Source of the DNA: Bacteroidota bacterium
GTDB lineage: Bacteria > Bacteroidota > Ignavibacteria > Kryptoniales > JAKASW01
DNA length: 64,000 bases
Assembly (NCBI GenBank): GCA_021812985.1
Contig: JAKAMG010000020.1
Coordinates: 712 to 64,711, forward strand
Direction of reading: 5' to 3'
The notes under the pieces are model-generated. The model had not been told where the DNA came from and made no database searches. It saw only the letters and a program-made list of their open reading frames with translations. A program made the translations under genes and the position numbers. Positions 19,242-29,155 of the stretch are shown piece by piece; the first letter of the stretch is position 1, and every line of letters starts with the position of its first letter.

Positions 19242-20064
19242 TTTCCTCAATAATTTTGCTCAGCTCTTTGCTTCGCACAGTGGCCGTCGACACGGCATTG
19301 ATAAGCATCGTCCTGAGTCCGTGGGTTTCTAGCTCATGGACCGCGGCAATTGCGGTACCACCAGGCGTAGTCACCTCATCCTTCAATATCGCCGGATGCT
19401 TGCCTGTCTCAATGACGAGTTTGGAGGCCCCGAAGACGGTCTGAGCTGCGAGCCTGAAGGCGATCTGCCTCGGGATCCCCATCTTCACGCCGCCGTCTGT
19501 CATCGCCTCAATTACCATGTACACGTACGCCGGGCCGCTTCCGCTCAGCCCGGTGACGGCGTCCAGAAGACTTTCCGGCACGACTTCCACGCTTCCTACC
19601 GACTTGAATATTGTCAGAGCTAGCTTAAGGTGTTCATCGGTTGCGAAGCCGCCTTTGCTTATAGCCGTCGCGCCCGCGTCGACAAGCACCGGAGTATTTG
19701 GCATGGTTCTTATCACGGGGCACTCCACGCCAAGGTAGGAGTTGATGAACGAGGTCTTTATACCTGCCATGACACTGATTATGATATGCTGAGGAGTCAC
19801 GAGGTCCTTGATTTCTGACATCACTTCGCGTGCGTTGATCGGTTTCACCGCGAGGATAACGATCTCGGACGACTTGACCACCTTCCTGTTGTCGCTGGTC
19901 GTGTGTATGCCAAGTTTTCCTGCGATATCGTCAAGACTTCCGGTGTTTCTTCGGGACGCTATAATATTTTTTGGTGATGTCAGTTTCGCCCGAACGAGTC
20001 CGCCTATCACCGCGGTCCCGATGTGTCCGGCTCCTACAACGCCAATCTTCCTGCTGTCCAGCAT
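19228..20064 (-). CDS. proC: Pyrroline-5-carboxylate reductase
   Basis: MLDSRKIGVVGAGHIGTA..., SGSGPAYVYMVIEAM, TTPGGTAIA. The ATG at 20064 lies 1 nt after the hisB stop. The track ORF (to 20298) is an artefactual extension into hisB. Confidence 0.9.
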   Translation of the reverse strand: MLDSRKIGVVGAGHIGTAVIGGLVRAKLTSPKNIIASRRNTGSLDDIAGKLGIHTTSDNRKVVKSSEIVILAVKPINAREVMSEIKDLVTPQHIIISVMAGIKTSFINSYLGVECPVIRTMPNTPVLVDAGATAISKGGFATDEHLKLALTIFKSVGSVEVVPESLLDAVTGLSGSGPAYVYMVIEAMTDGGVKMGIPRQIAFRLAAQTVFGASKLVIETGKHPAILKDEVTTPGGTAIAAVHELETHGLRTMLINAVSTATVRSKELSKIIEENESI

Positions 20065-20065
20065 A

Positions 20066-20653
20066 TTATAAATTCCCTTTCGTAGACTGTACCCCCATGA
20101 TTCTCGGGTTGAATGAAATCGCCTCACGAAGAGCCAGCGCGAAGGATTTGAATATCGCTTCCGCGCGGTGATGATTATTCTTCCCGTAGAGAAGTTCGAC
20201 ATGGATATTCGCCTTGAGATTCTCTGCCATGGACCTGAAGAAATGCTCCACCATCTCTGTCGAAAGGTCGCTGACCTTGGGGCGTGAAAAATCCGCATGG
20301 AAAACGCAGTGTCCGCGTCCCGAGAGGTCTATGACGCATCTCGCGAGCGACTCATCCATCGGAACGAAAGCAGTACCGTATCTGTTTATTCCGGACTTAT
20401 CGCCGAGGGCCTTGTCGATACACTTCCCGATTACTATAGCCACATCCTCGACGGTATGGTGGTCATCGACATGGAGATCACCTTTAGATTTGAGATCAAG
20501 GTCGATGAGGCTGTGCTTTGAAAAGAGCTCGAGCATGTGGTTAAAGAAGTTCAACCCCGTTGAGACGCGGTAATTGCCCGCCCCGTCGAGATTAAGCGAG
20601 CAGTCTATTTGGGTTTCCTTTGTTTTGCGGCTTAGAGAGGCTTTTCTTTTCAC
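20066..20653 (-). CDS. hisB: Imidazoleglycerol-phosphate dehydratase
   Basis: 195 aa. RKTKETQI, DDHHTVEDVAI, HHRAEA. The start codon is GTG (cac at 20651-20653). Confidence 0.9.
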   Translation of the reverse strand: MKRKASLSRKTKETQIDCSLNLDGAGNYRVSTGLNFFNHMLELFSKHSLIDLDLKSKGDLHVDDHHTVEDVAIVIGKCIDKALGDKSGINRYGTAFVPMDESLARCVIDLSGRGHCVFHADFSRPKVSDLSTEMVEHFFRSMAENLKANIHVELLYGKNNHHRAEAIFKSFALALREAISFNPRIMGVQSTKGNL

Positions 20654-20843
20654 TTTTTTTAATCAAAATGCCGAAATTATTGCTGAAATCCAAGGAATTG
20701 AATGTCGTGAGAGCTTTACTTTCGCGGAATTTCACAATCCATTTCCCAAATCTGACGCGATAGCTTGGCATTCGATGTCGATCACTGGTATTGTTCGGAA
20801 GAAACCTGAAACATATACTTCGAAAAACCGGGAGCGGGTAAAG

Positions 20844-23800
20844 ATGAAACCGGGCATGCTTCATCTGATGATTTTATCGATTATTTTATCAATCAATTTT
20901 TCTGCGTTCGCACAATGGGAGAAAGTCGGTCCGCGTTACGTCGGAAGCGTCCTTTCCATCGCAACTCGAGGCGGAGACGTGTTTGCGGGCATGGGAAAGG
21001 GCGTGTATGTCTCACGGGATACGGGACGGACGTGGGACCAATCAGGTCTCGCTAACACGGCCGTCAACGTAATTATCCTTACAGCAGGGCGAATTCTTGC
21101 GGGGACGGATAGCGGACTCTTCATCTCGATGGATGACGGAGCGACCTGGTTAGATGGTGGCCTTGCGGGCAAATCCATCTCAGCTCTATGTTGTCACGAC
21201 ACGTTTCTTGTAGCAGGGGCTTACTTTGACGGCATTTATATATCCTCAGACAGCGGATCCAGCTGGAAAAAAACGGCTTTTGCCGGAGTTGCCGGGCACA
21301 TCGTCTCTTTTGAAAACGGCTTGTACGTTACATCTCCCGCGGGAGATTTATTTATGTCCACCGACAACGGGAAGTCATGGACTACCATTACTAGTAGAGT
21401 CTCATCCGAAGGCGCCGGCCCGCTGTTTACGAACGGCAGTGCCATCTATGTTGGCACGTTCGGAGGAGTCTACAAATCCACCGATCTTGGTACAACGTGG
21501 TCCGCCACAAGCAACAGCTGGACATACGGGTATATCTTTGCTCTCACGGAATTCGGCGACAATCTCCTTGCCGGAACTAATCACGGGGTGAAGTACTCGG
21601 CGGACGGTGGCGTTACCTGGAATCCCACAAACATCAGGGACTTGGGCGGTAGCCTCGTCGCGGTCACCGCGTTCGGAAGTTACGGTACGTCTCTCTTCGC
21701 CGCCGCCGGAGGTATCTCTCGCTCGACAGACAACGGAATCACCTGGTATATCACCGGTCTGAGCGGGGGGATTACCGAACATTGCCTCTCATACAACGGA
21801 TACTTGTTCCGTACTGCCGGTGGCGGAGTCTATCGCTCATCCAATGATGGAGAGACTTGGACCGCAGTCAACGCAGGCATCCCATGTCCTCGAGTTGTGA
21901 CTATCGCCGCGAATGATTCCTGGCTGTTCGCAGGAAGTGAAAGCGACATTGGCGGGGTTTACAGATCCACGGATTTTGGTGACTCATGGACCACGACACA
22001 GTTGAATGGAAGGAGCATCAACTGCCTCGCAGCAAGAGATTCATTTCTTCTTGCGGCCGGCCCCGCCGGCTCCGGTTACAACGGCGGGATTTTCGTGTCG
22101 ACCGACAACGGAAAGTCCTGGAGAATGTCACTTGACCGGGGAAATAACGGCGTGCTTTCGCTTGCTGTTGGAGAGACTAATTTCTTCGCAGCCGACACCG
22201 ACAATGCCGGTATTTTTGTATCGACGGACCACGGGCAGACCTGGTCAGCTCAGGAAAAGGGGACTTCCATGGCGGTGCTCGGTAAAACAATTTTTGTCGG
22301 GACTTTCTACGATGCATACGGATTCGTCTCGAAAGATAATGGGGAGACGTGGACAAGGGAAAACTCACCGGGCAACATTATCACTCTTACTGCAGTCAAC
22401 GATACCATATTCGCAGGCACAATCTACGGCCTCTTTGCGTCGGCCGATTCAGGTGTGACATGGGGCGAGTTGGATGGTCCAACAGACGACAATTGGGTTT
22501 TTGGTATTGCCGAGCACAACGGTTACTTGTTTGCCTCAATCGCAGAGGACGGCTCTATCCTGAGGAGACCGATTTCGCAGATTTCTTTCGTCTCATTAGT
22601 TCCTCCGCTTTTTCAGGGTCCGGATCACAATTCAACAATCTGTTCAAGTTCTGTAGAATTATCATGGAGCCCTGTCCACGGTGCACATGAATACAGGTTC
22701 CAGCTCGCTTACGATTCCTCTTTCACGGACCTTTTCGCGGACAAAATTGCAGGTTCCGATACCAGCGCCGCAGTTGCCAATCTTGCAAATGGTGCCACGT
22801 ATTATTGGCGGACAATGTCCTACGATTCCCTTCTGGCGAGCCATTGGTCGCGTCCACGGTCATTCAAGGTCGACCTGGACACCTTGCACAACGGAAATAT
22901 GTGGAGTCTTGTGGCTGGATTAGGATCGCCCGTCAAATCCCTCGCAGCCAGGGACTCCATGGTCTTTGCAGGTACTGGAACGAACGGCGTCTTCCGCAGC
23001 AAGGATTCAGGACTGAACTGGACGCAGGTTGACTCCGGCCTGACTTGTACCCAGGTGTTTTCACTGACAATTGACAGCAGCCTTGTCTTCGCCGGAACCG
23101 CATCGGAAAATGGAGGTGTCTATAAGTCGACCAACAACGGCGACAGTTGGACAGTTACACCGTTGAGCGGCAGGCAGATTTACGCGCTGGCGAAGTCCGG
23201 CCGCTACCTTCTCGCCGGCGGCCCCGCGGGAAGCGACTACCACGGTGGAATTTCCCTTTCGACCGACAACGGGACTTCGTGGAACTTCTCCCTCGACAGG
23301 GGCACATCCGGCATCAATGCGGTCGCGATAGTCGACTCTACGTTCTACGCCACTGATTTAAATAACCTCGGCATATTCGTGTCCACCGACGCGGGTCGGG
23401 ACTGGACCTCGCAATATTCGGGAAGCTCCATTGCCTCAATTGGCAGAAGCACTTTCGTCGCGGCATCCTACTACAGCGGAGGTTACTTGTCCAGAGATAA
23501 TGGCGGCACGTGGGAACACGTCGCTGTAGACGGCCAACTGAAATCCGTCTATGCACTCGCCTCACACGGTCCATACCTGTTTGCGGCCCTACCCCACGCC
23601 AGGGTTCTCACCAGCGTCGATACCGGAAAAACCTGGACGGAGGACGATTCGGGCCTTGTGGACAATATCGTCTCCTTCGCCGAGGCGGGCGACTACGTCT
23701 ACGCCGGCTCGAGTAACGGGCATGTCTGGAGAATGCATCTGCTCGACACGCTCACAGACATCAACGCCGGGGTACGGCCGCTGCCGCTGGAATTCGCACT

Positions 23801-24065
23801 ATCCCAGAATTATCCCAACCCGTTCAATCCGATGACCTCGATAAACTACCAATTACCGCTCTCCGGCCGGGTGACTTTAAAGGTGTTCGATGTGCTGGGG
23901 AGAGAAGTGGGAACACTGGTCGATCAAAGGCAAAACGCGGGCACCTACAAGGTCGAATTCGACGCGTCACGCTTTGCCAGCGGCGTGTATTTTTACAGGA
24001 TGGTCGTCGCCGAACACACGGGGCGAACTCTCGTCTCCGCAAAGAAGATGGCGCTGGTCAAATAG
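20844..24065 (+). CDS. Large secreted Asp-box (BNR / sortilin-Vps10-like) repeat protein with a T9SS C-terminal sorting domain
   Basis: ATG at 20844 (GGAG 9 nt upstream) gives the signal peptide MKPGMLHLMILSIILSINFSAFAQ. There are 19 S-x-D-x-G-x-(T/S)-W-type motifs by my count (13 + 6), split by an Fn3-like insert. The track start at 20574 is an upstream extension. Confidence 0.8.
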   Translation: MKPGMLHLMILSIILSINFSAFAQWEKVGPRYVGSVLSIATRGGDVFAGMGKGVYVSRDTGRTWDQSGLANTAVNVIILTAGRILAGTDSGLFISMDDGATWLDGGLAGKSISALCCHDTFLVAGAYFDGIYISSDSGSSWKKTAFAGVAGHIVSFENGLYVTSPAGDLFMSTDNGKSWTTITSRVSSEGAGPLFTNGSAIYVGTFGGVYKSTDLGTTWSATSNSWTYGYIFALTEFGDNLLAGTNHGVKYSADGGVTWNPTNIRDLGGSLVAVTAFGSYGTSLFAAAGGISRSTDNGITWYITGLSGGITEHCLSYNGYLFRTAGGGVYRSSNDGETWTAVNAGIPCPRVVTIAANDSWLFAGSESDIGGVYRSTDFGDSWTTTQLNGRSINCLAARDSFLLAAGPAGSGYNGGIFVSTDNGKSWRMSLDRGNNGVLSLAVGETNFFAADTDNAGIFVSTDHGQTWSAQEKGTSMAVLGKTIFVGTFYDAYGFVSKDNGETWTRENSPGNIITLTAVNDTIFAGTIYGLFASADSGVTWGELDGPTDDNWVFGIAEHNGYLFASIAEDGSILRRPISQISFVSLVPPLFQGPDHNSTICSSSVELSWSPVHGAHEYRFQLAYDSSFTDLFADKIAGSDTSAAVANLANGATYYWRTMSYDSLLASHWSRPRSFKVDLDTLHNGNMWSLVAGLGSPVKSLAARDSMVFAGTGTNGVFRSKDSGLNWTQVDSGLTCTQVFSLTIDSSLVFAGTASENGGVYKSTNNGDSWTVTPLSGRQIYALAKSGRYLLAGGPAGSDYHGGISLSTDNGTSWNFSLDRGTSGINAVAIVDSTFYATDLNNLGIFVSTDAGRDWTSQYSGSSIASIGRSTFVAASYYSGGYLSRDNGGTWEHVAVDGQLKSVYALASHGPYLFAALPHARVLTSVDTGKTWTEDDSGLVDNIVSFAEAGDYVYAGSSNGHVWRMHLLDTLTDINAGVRPLPLEFALSQNYPNPFNPMTSINYQLPLSGRVTLKVFDVLGREVGTLVDQRQNAGTYKVEFDASRFASGVYFYRMVVAEHTGRTLVSAKKMALVK
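23799..24062 (+). other. Type IX secretion C-terminal sorting domain of the preceding CDS
   Basis: The last 88 aa, LSQNYPNPFNPMTSINYQLPLSGRVTLKVFDVLGREVGTLVDQRQNAGTYKVEFDASRFASGVYFYRM..., have the classic Por/T9SS type A CTD pattern. Confidence 0.75.
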
Positions 24066-24088
24066 GGCGGCCCCGGTTCATTCGCGAT

Positions 24089-24122
24089 AAAAAAAAAGTC
24101 CGCCCACTTGGCTTGGGCGGAC
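24089..24122 (-). terminator. Rho-independent terminator of clpB (possibly also stops the convergent plus-strand gene)
   Basis: Perfect 9-bp stem GTCCGCCCA (24098-24106) with TGGGCGGAC (24114-24122) and a 7-nt loop. The A9 run 24089-24097 is a T9 tail on the minus strand. Confidence 0.85.
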
Positions 24123-24174
24123 TTAGGAGAGATATCGAGATCTTACTTTGCGATCTCGGTTATCTGCTAGAGTC

Positions 24175-26817
24175 TCATTTCACGGCCTGCAAGGTCTCCT
24201 TGACTTTCCTGAACTCGAGCTTCCCCGATTCGGGAATATCGGCCTCAATATGCTCTCCGGGCCCGAACTCGCCGGCCAGAATTTTCTCCGCGAGCGGGTT
24301 GGAGAGAAATTTCTGAATCGTACGCTTAAGCGGCCTTGCTCCGTAAATCGGGTCATACCCCGCGTCCGCCAGGAACATCTTTCCACGTTCACTCACATCG
24401 AGTCTAATGTTGTTGTTTTCCCCGATCCGCGAGACAATCCTGTCGAGCTGAAGTTGGACTATACTCTTTATATCGTTTCGCGTCAGCGGTTTGAAAACAA
24501 TTATCTCGTCAAGCCTGTTGAGGAACTCCGGCTTGATGGTTTGTTTCAGGAGATTGAACAGTTCTCCCCTCAACCCTTCCATCATCTCGTCCCTCTCCCG
24601 TTCCTTTGTGGTCTCTATCTTCTGTTGGACCAGCTGCGAACCGAGATTGGAAGTCATGATGATGATGGTGTTCTTAAAATTTACGGTCCTCCCCTTGCTG
24701 TCTGTGAGCCTCCCATCATCGAGAACCTGCAGAAGGACGTTGAATATTTCGGGGTGAGCCTTCTCGATCTCGTCGAGCAGGACAACGGAGTAAGGCTTCC
24801 GCCTCACCGCCTCGGTCAGTTGACCGCCTTCCTCGTAACCGACATAGCCTGGAGGCGCGCCGGTCAGGCGCGAGACTGAGAATTTTTCGGTATACTCGGA
24901 CATGTCGATGCGCACCATGGCCTCTTCGTCGTCGAAGAGTGCTTCCGCAAGCGCCCGTGCCAGTTCGGTCTTCCCGACTCCAGTGGAACCGATGAAGACA
25001 AAAGATCCTATCGGTCTCTTCTCGTCCTGAAGGCCGGCGCGTGCGCGTCGTACCGCGTTGGCGACGGCAGTCACCGCCTCCTCCTGGTCCACCATTCTTT
25101 GATGAATCTTTTCTTCGAGGTGGAGGAGTTTGCTTCGTTCGCTCTCGAGCATCCTAGAAACCGGTATGCCAGTCCAGCGTGAGACTATTTCGGCTATGTC
25201 TTCCGCCTCGACCTCCTCCTTCAGCATCTTCCTGTTCTTCTGGGCTTCTGCGAGAAGTTGTGTCGATTCCTGCAAACGCTTCTCAATCGCGGTAATTCTG
25301 CCGTAGCGAATCTCGGCGACCCTGCCGAGGTCACCCTCGCGTTCGGCTTTGTCAGCTTCGACTTTGAGGCGTTCCATGTCTTCCTTAGACTTCTGGATTC
25401 CCTGGATCAGCTCTTTCTCAGTTTGCCAATGGGCTTTCAGCTCCCCGCTCTCCTCGCGAAGGTCTGCAAGATCATGCTCGATTACGGCAAGCCGCTTGAG
25501 CGATTCCTCATCCTTCTCCCGTCTGATCGCCTCCTTCTCAATCTCAAGCTGCTTGATTTTCCGTTCCACCTCGTCAAGCTCCTCGGGGAGCGAATCCATC
25601 TCTATGCGGAGCTTCGACGCGGCTTCATCTATCAGATCGATTGCCTTGTCCGGCATGAAGCGATCCGTAATGTACCGGTCGCTGAGCTGAGCTGCCGCGA
25701 CTATGGCACCGTCGGTTATCCTGACCCCGTGATGAACCTCGTAACGCTCTTTCAGTCCGCGAAGTATGGAGATCGTGTCCTCGACAGACGGTTCGTCGAT
25801 CATTATCGGCTGAAACCGTCGCTCGAGTGCGGGATCCTTTTCTATGTGGCTTCTGTATTCTTTGATAGTGGTCGCACCGATTGCGCGCAGCTCGCCTCTC
25901 GCAAGCGCGGGCTTGAGCATGTTCGAAGCGTCGACTGAACCCTGCGCGGCTCCTGCCCCTACCAGTGTGTGGAGCTCGTCCATGAAGAGTATTATCTCTC
26001 CCTCGGATTCAACTACTTCCTTGATAATCGATTTCAACCTGTCCTCAAACTGGCCACGGTAGGAAGTCCCGGCTACCAGACTCCCCATATCGAGCTCCAC
26101 TATTCTCTTCGACTTCAGGCCGTCGGGAACGTCTCCACTCGCTATCCTTCTTGCAATTCCCTCGACAACCGCCGTCTTCCCCACGCCTGGATCACCTATA
26201 AGGACAGGATTGTTCTTCGTCCTCCGTGCCAGGACCTGCAATACTCTTCTGATCTCATCATCGCGTCCTATGACAGGATCAAGTTTACCTTTCCTCGCAA
26301 GCTCGGTAAGGTCTCTCCCGAATTTCTGAAGCGACTGATATTTCTCTTCGGGATTCTGGTCGGTAACCCGCTGAGACCCTCTGATTTCTCTGAGAGCTTT
26401 CAATATGACGTCCCTGTTCACTCCCTGTGCTGTCAGGATCTTGAAAGAGTCTGTTGAGCGGTCGCCAATAAATCCCAGTAGAAGGTGTTCCGTGCTTACA
26501 TACTCGTCCCTCATCTGAGACGCCTCTTTCTCTGCCGCGTCAAGTACCTTGGCCAGCGGCTGTGAGAGATAATGGTTCGCCGCGGCCCCGCCTGAGACTT
26601 GCGGAAACTTTTTTATTGACTCCCGGCTTTTCGAGCGAATGTATTCCAGGTTCGCTCCAGATTTCTTGAGGACGAGAGCGGGGATGCTTTCTTCGTCCTT
26701 CAAAAGCGAGAGAAGGAGATGCTCCGGTTCAATTGCCTGCTGAGAATTCTCCGAGGCGATGGCTTGCGCCCCCTCGAGAGCTTCCTGCGATTTTATCGTT
26801 AGTTTATTCAAGTTCAT
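24175..26817 (-). CDS. clpB: ATP-dependent chaperone / disaggregase ClpB
   Basis: 880 aa. Two AAA+ modules (GDPGVGKTA and GSTGVGKTE) separated by a long coiled-coil middle domain. Confidence 0.95.
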   Translation of the reverse strand: MNLNKLTIKSQEALEGAQAIASENSQQAIEPEHLLLSLLKDEESIPALVLKKSGANLEYIRSKSRESIKKFPQVSGGAAANHYLSQPLAKVLDAAEKEASQMRDEYVSTEHLLLGFIGDRSTDSFKILTAQGVNRDVILKALREIRGSQRVTDQNPEEKYQSLQKFGRDLTELARKGKLDPVIGRDDEIRRVLQVLARRTKNNPVLIGDPGVGKTAVVEGIARRIASGDVPDGLKSKRIVELDMGSLVAGTSYRGQFEDRLKSIIKEVVESEGEIILFMDELHTLVGAGAAQGSVDASNMLKPALARGELRAIGATTIKEYRSHIEKDPALERRFQPIMIDEPSVEDTISILRGLKERYEVHHGVRITDGAIVAAAQLSDRYITDRFMPDKAIDLIDEAASKLRIEMDSLPEELDEVERKIKQLEIEKEAIRREKDEESLKRLAVIEHDLADLREESGELKAHWQTEKELIQGIQKSKEDMERLKVEADKAEREGDLGRVAEIRYGRITAIEKRLQESTQLLAEAQKNRKMLKEEVEAEDIAEIVSRWTGIPVSRMLESERSKLLHLEEKIHQRMVDQEEAVTAVANAVRRARAGLQDEKRPIGSFVFIGSTGVGKTELARALAEALFDDEEAMVRIDMSEYTEKFSVSRLTGAPPGYVGYEEGGQLTEAVRRKPYSVVLLDEIEKAHPEIFNVLLQVLDDGRLTDSKGRTVNFKNTIIIMTSNLGSQLVQQKIETTKERERDEMMEGLRGELFNLLKQTIKPEFLNRLDEIIVFKPLTRNDIKSIVQLQLDRIVSRIGENNNIRLDVSERGKMFLADAGYDPIYGARPLKRTIQKFLSNPLAEKILAGEFGPGEHIEADIPESGKLEFRKVKETLQAVK

Positions 26818-26940
26818 CTTGTCTTCTGCTTTCCGAGATCCTTCCTTGATTTCAGCATGGATCTAATACTACGCCCTGTAATTCTTCCCTTCTTATCAGT
26901 TGGGGAAGCTGGGCTGGAAGCTCTTTCCAAGCCGGGACCT

Positions 26941-26973
26941 CTTAAACGGAACCGCCCTTCAGATGAAGGGCGG
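26941..26973 (-). terminator. Probable terminator of dnaK
   Basis: 9-bp stem CCGCCCTTC (26952-26960) with GAAGGGCGG (26965-26973) and loop AGAT. On the minus strand it is followed by TTCCGTTTAAG. Confidence 0.6.
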
Positions 26974-27015
26974 TCTCTTCACGCTTCCTGCATCTTGTTC
27001 AGTTGCCTTGCGATC

Positions 27016-28935
27016 TTACTTCTTGTCCTTATCATCGATTATTTCATAGTCCGCATTTTCGGCGGCACCTGCCTTGGATTCACCTTGAGCCCCTGCCTGC
27101 TGTCCAGCCTGTTCCGCCCCCGGCTGTGGCTGGGAGGCTTGCTGATACATATACGTAGCGGCTTCGCTCCAGACCTTGTTCAAGGCCTCGATTTCGGATT
27201 TCAGCTCTGCCAGCGGCGCCGTCTTCGCAGACGCTTCGAGCTTCTGCAGCGCATCTTCGAGAGCCTTCTTTTTATCTGCCGGTATCTTGTCTCCGTAGTC
27301 CTGAAGCTGCTTCTTGCTCTGGAATACGAGGTTGTCAGCCTGATTCCGGGTCTCGACTTCGTCACGTTTCGCCTTATCATCCGCGGCGTGTTCCTCGGCT
27401 GCCTTCTTCATGCGCTCTATCTCTTCACGGCTCAATCCGCTCGATGAGGTGATCCGAATGCTCTGCTCCTTCGACGTGGCTTTGTCCTTCGCCGCGACGT
27501 GTAGCAAACCGTTTGCATCGATGTCAAAGGTAACCTCGATCTGCGGTATGCCTCTCGGCGCCGGCGGAAGCCCGTCAAGTATGAATCTTCCCAGAGTACG
27601 ATTGTCAACCGCCATCGGCCGCTCTCCCTGGAGAACATGTATTTCCACAGATGTCTGGTTGTCAGCCGCGGTCGAGAACACTTCGCTTTTCCTCGTCGGG
27701 ATGGTCGTGTTGGCGGGGATGAGCGGTGTCATGACGCCGCCGAGAGTCTCAATGCCGAGCGAAAGCGGGGTGACATCGAGAAGGAGAACGTCCTTTATGT
27801 CTCCGGTGAGAACGCCGCCCTGTATGCTCGCGCCGACAGCAACGACCTCATCCGGGTTGACCCCCCTGTGAGGTTCGCGGTTGAAGAAGTTTTTCACAAC
27901 TTCCTGCACCTTCGGCATCCTCGTCATTCCGCCGACCAATATGACCTCGTCAATTTCAGACGGCGTCAGTTTCGCGTCTGCAAGGGCTCTCTTCACCGGT
28001 TCGATCGACCTCCGAACCAAATCGTCCACGAGCTGCTCGAGCCTGGCTCTTGTGAGCGTAAGGTTGAGGTGCTTCGGACCGTCCGCCGTGGCGGTTATGA
28101 AAGGAAGGTTAATCTCAGTCTGAAGCTGCGATGAGAGTTCCATCTTCGCCTTCTCGGCCGCTTCCTTAAGTCTCTGTAGAGCCATAGGATCTTTGCGGAG
28201 ATCGATTCGTTCCTGCCTGAAAAACTCATCGGCGATAAAATCCATGATCTTCATGTCAAAGTCGTCGCCGCCAAGGTGCGTGTCACCGTTCGTCGACTTC
28301 ACTTCAAACACCCCCTCGCCCAGTTCGAGAATGGAAATGTCGAAGGTTCCGCCGCCGAGATCGTATACGGCCACCTTGAGATTCTTGTCTTTCTTATCGA
28401 GACCGTACGCGAGAGCGGCAGCGGTCGGTTCGTTTATTATCCTTCTGACAGTAAGACCCGCTATCTCTCCTGCTTCCTTTGTCGCCTGTCGCTGCGCGTC
28501 ATTGAAATATGCTGGTACAGTTATGACGGCCTCCGTAATCTTCTCGCCGAGGAAGTCCTCAGCAGTCTGCTTCATCTTCTGAAGTATCATTGCACTTATC
28601 TCGGGCGGCGAATACTGGCGGCCGCCAATCTCCACCCTTGCTGTGTTGTTCTGTCCAGCCACGACTTTATAAGGAACCCGTGACATCTCTTCTGTAACCT
28701 CGTTGTAGAAGCGCCCCATGAATCTCTTGATAGAGAATACGGTATTCTGAGGGTTGGTGATCGCCTGGCGTTTGGCCGGCGCACCGACAAGCCACTCGCC
28801 CGTTTTAGACTGGGCGACAACCGAAGGAGTCGTCCGGACCCCTTCAGAATTCGCTATCACGGTCGGAGTGTTTCCTTCCATTACCGCGACGCACGAGTTA
28901 GTCGTCCCGAGGTCAATTCCAATTATTTTTGCCAT
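27016..28935 (-). CDS. dnaK: Molecular chaperone DnaK (Hsp70)
   Basis: 639 aa. [37 protein letters not shown]. Confidence 0.97.
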   Translation of the reverse strand: MAKIIGIDLGTTNSCVAVMEGNTPTVIANSEGVRTTPSVVAQSKTGEWLVGAPAKRQAITNPQNTVFSIKRFMGRFYNEVTEEMSRVPYKVVAGQNNTARVEIGGRQYSPPEISAMILQKMKQTAEDFLGEKITEAVITVPAYFNDAQRQATKEAGEIAGLTVRRIINEPTAAALAYGLDKKDKNLKVAVYDLGGGTFDISILELGEGVFEVKSTNGDTHLGGDDFDMKIMDFIADEFFRQERIDLRKDPMALQRLKEAAEKAKMELSSQLQTEINLPFITATADGPKHLNLTLTRARLEQLVDDLVRRSIEPVKRALADAKLTPSEIDEVILVGGMTRMPKVQEVVKNFFNREPHRGVNPDEVVAVGASIQGGVLTGDIKDVLLLDVTPLSLGIETLGGVMTPLIPANTTIPTRKSEVFSTAADNQTSVEIHVLQGERPMAVDNRTLGRFILDGLPPAPRGIPQIEVTFDIDANGLLHVAAKDKATSKEQSIRITSSSGLSREEIERMKKAAEEHAADDKAKRDEVETRNQADNLVFQSKKQLQDYGDKIPADKKKALEDALQKLEASAKTAPLAELKSEIEALNKVWSEAATYMYQQASQPQPGAEQAGQQAGAQGESKAGAAENADYEIIDDKDKK

Positions 28936-29062
28936 CTGATATCTCTCCTTTGCTGAAAATTGATTTGAATTCCATGAATGATTTAATTCAACGGCTGTGC
29001 CGTAAATTTCAGCTGTTTTTGACCTGTTTACGCGGTCGAAGGAATTTCAATTCTCTTCGCAT

Positions 29063-29118
29063 TGCCACTTGGCGACGAGCGGCTGCCAGATTGGCAAAGA
29101 GCTGACCACATTGGCAAA
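29063..29118. promoter_or_regulatory. Cluster of TGCCA/TGGCA repeats in the dnaK-lutA divergent region (candidate operator)
   Basis: Imperfect inverted repeat TGCCA-ct-TGGCg (29063-29074); perfect inverted repeat TGCCA-GAT-TGGCA (29084-29096); direct repeat ATTGGCAAA at 29090-29098 and 29110-29118 (20-bp phasing). The cluster sits 38-93 bp upstream of the lutA ATG. Confidence 0.35.
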
Positions 29119-29155
29119 TTGAAAATATTTAGCTGTCGACTTATATTTTCAATTA

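Noticed and set aside
20065-20298. N-terminal 78-aa extension of the proC ORF in the track. There are analogous extensions for ggt (7368-7457), the ABC exporter (10611-10700), the ldh-like gene (11750-11854), hisF (17834-17890), the BNR protein (20574-20843), AMMECR1 (58498-58596) and the histidine kinase (50389-50409).
   Set aside because: The extensions overlap the upstream gene in another frame or add non-homologous residues. Internal ATG codons restore canonical N-termini, signal peptides and sensible spacing.
28936-29060. Search for a CIRCE (TTAGCACTC-N9-GAGTGCTAA) element or a sigma-32-type promoter upstream of dnaK, and likewise upstream of clpB (26818-26940).
   Set aside because: There is no CIRCE-like inverted repeat and no convincing CTTGAA/CCCCAT pair. 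dnaK and clpB are adjacent without grpE or dnaJ, but this is common and I could not support any specific heat-shock control element.
29091-29105. Sigma-54-like TGGCA...GC element (TTGGCAAAGAGCTGAC).
   Set aside because: The -12 element would need TTGC at the correct 10-nt spacing. The sequence has TGAC instead, and no enhancer-binding protein gene is nearby.
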